A stretch of DNA of 64,000 nt. It comes from a virus. Of the stretch, positions 63,676 through 64,000 are shown in pieces; position 1 is the first letter of the stretch, and each line of letters begins with the position of its first letter. The stretch lies in IMG/VR virus record IMGVR_UViG_3300001846_000239, positions 14,281-78,280 of that record; one strand, given 5' to 3'. Below the pieces are notes generated by a model. The model ran no database searches and was not told where the DNA came from. It worked only from the letters and a program-made list of their open reading frames with translations. The translations under genes were made by a program, and so were the position numbers.

Positions 63676-64000
63676 ATGAAAAACTTAATAGTAAGCTTAT
63701 TTTTATTTTCTAGCATAGCAATTGCTCAAGATGATAACCAAATTACTATAAAACAATCTGGAGATAACTTCTATTTAGAAGTAGAACAAGTCGGATATGG
63801 TAATATTATTAAACAATGGAGCTCTACTGAAGGAATTGATGGTGCTGATAATATGGTTATTATAAAACAAGCCAATGATAGAGGTAATTCAAACGACGAA
63901 AATATAGTAGAAATCCGTAGAATTTGGGGAGACAGAAATACTCTTAAACTTGGCCAAGGGTATCAAGTTGGAACTAACGGAACTTTTTCTATGGATTATC
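63676..64000 (+). CDS. Second secreted curlin-like protein, truncated by window edge
   Basis: Read by hand: MKNLIVSLFLFSSIAIAQDDNQITIKQSGDNFYLEVEQVGYGNII; SD GAGG. Confidence 0.6.
   Translation, partial: MKNLIVSLFLFSSIAIAQDDNQITIKQSGDNFYLEVEQVGYGNIIKQWSSTEGIDGADNMVIIKQANDRGNSNDENIVEIRRIWGDRNTLKLGQGYQVGTNGTFSMDY

Noticed and set aside
1-64000. CRISPR array, integrase, transposase, rRNA
   Set aside because: No regularly spaced repeats or recognisable motifs were seen. The Cas4-like (53268) and TnsA-like (20187) nucleases are ordinary T4-like genes.

Overview
This AT-rich 64-kb window comes from a T4-like (myovirus-type) phage, with essentially every real gene on the + strand. A marine gammaproteobacterial host is inferred from gammaproteobacterial-looking bS21, IbpA-like Hsp20 and class Ia NrdAB, and from the absence of photosynthesis genes. 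The T4 replication/recombination core is present (uvsY, uvsW, 55, 47, 46, 45, 44, 62, regA, 43, uvsX, 41, rnh), with nucleotide metabolism genes (gp42-type dCMP hydroxymethylase, dCMP deaminase, ThyX, NrdAB, glutaredoxin, MazG-like enzymes, PhoH), two tRNAs, a phage bS21, spanins with a lipase, a lysozyme and a curli-like (CsgF/CsgG/curlin/FecR) module at the right end. At least 15 copies of a conserved sigma70-type early promoter and several TATAAATA late promoters are visible. The most interesting observations are: (1) a ~10-kb late cluster of about 13 proteins sharing a T4 internal-protein-like capsid-targeting leader, including a ligase-superfamily protein, a HIGH nucleotidyltransferase, a PNK-like kinase and a nuclease-like protein, which suggests an injected enzyme payload; (2) a hydroxymethylcytosine operon with no adjacent T4-type glucosyltransferase but with an aGPT-Pplase-like protein, a PLP enzyme, an SGNH protein and a cytidylyltransferase, which suggests an undescribed cytosine hypermodification; (3) a covarying RNA hairpin found twice after late promoters; (4) a lone antisense promoter firing into a G-rich tract near uvsW. 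All family assignments come from motif recognition by eye; no searches were run.
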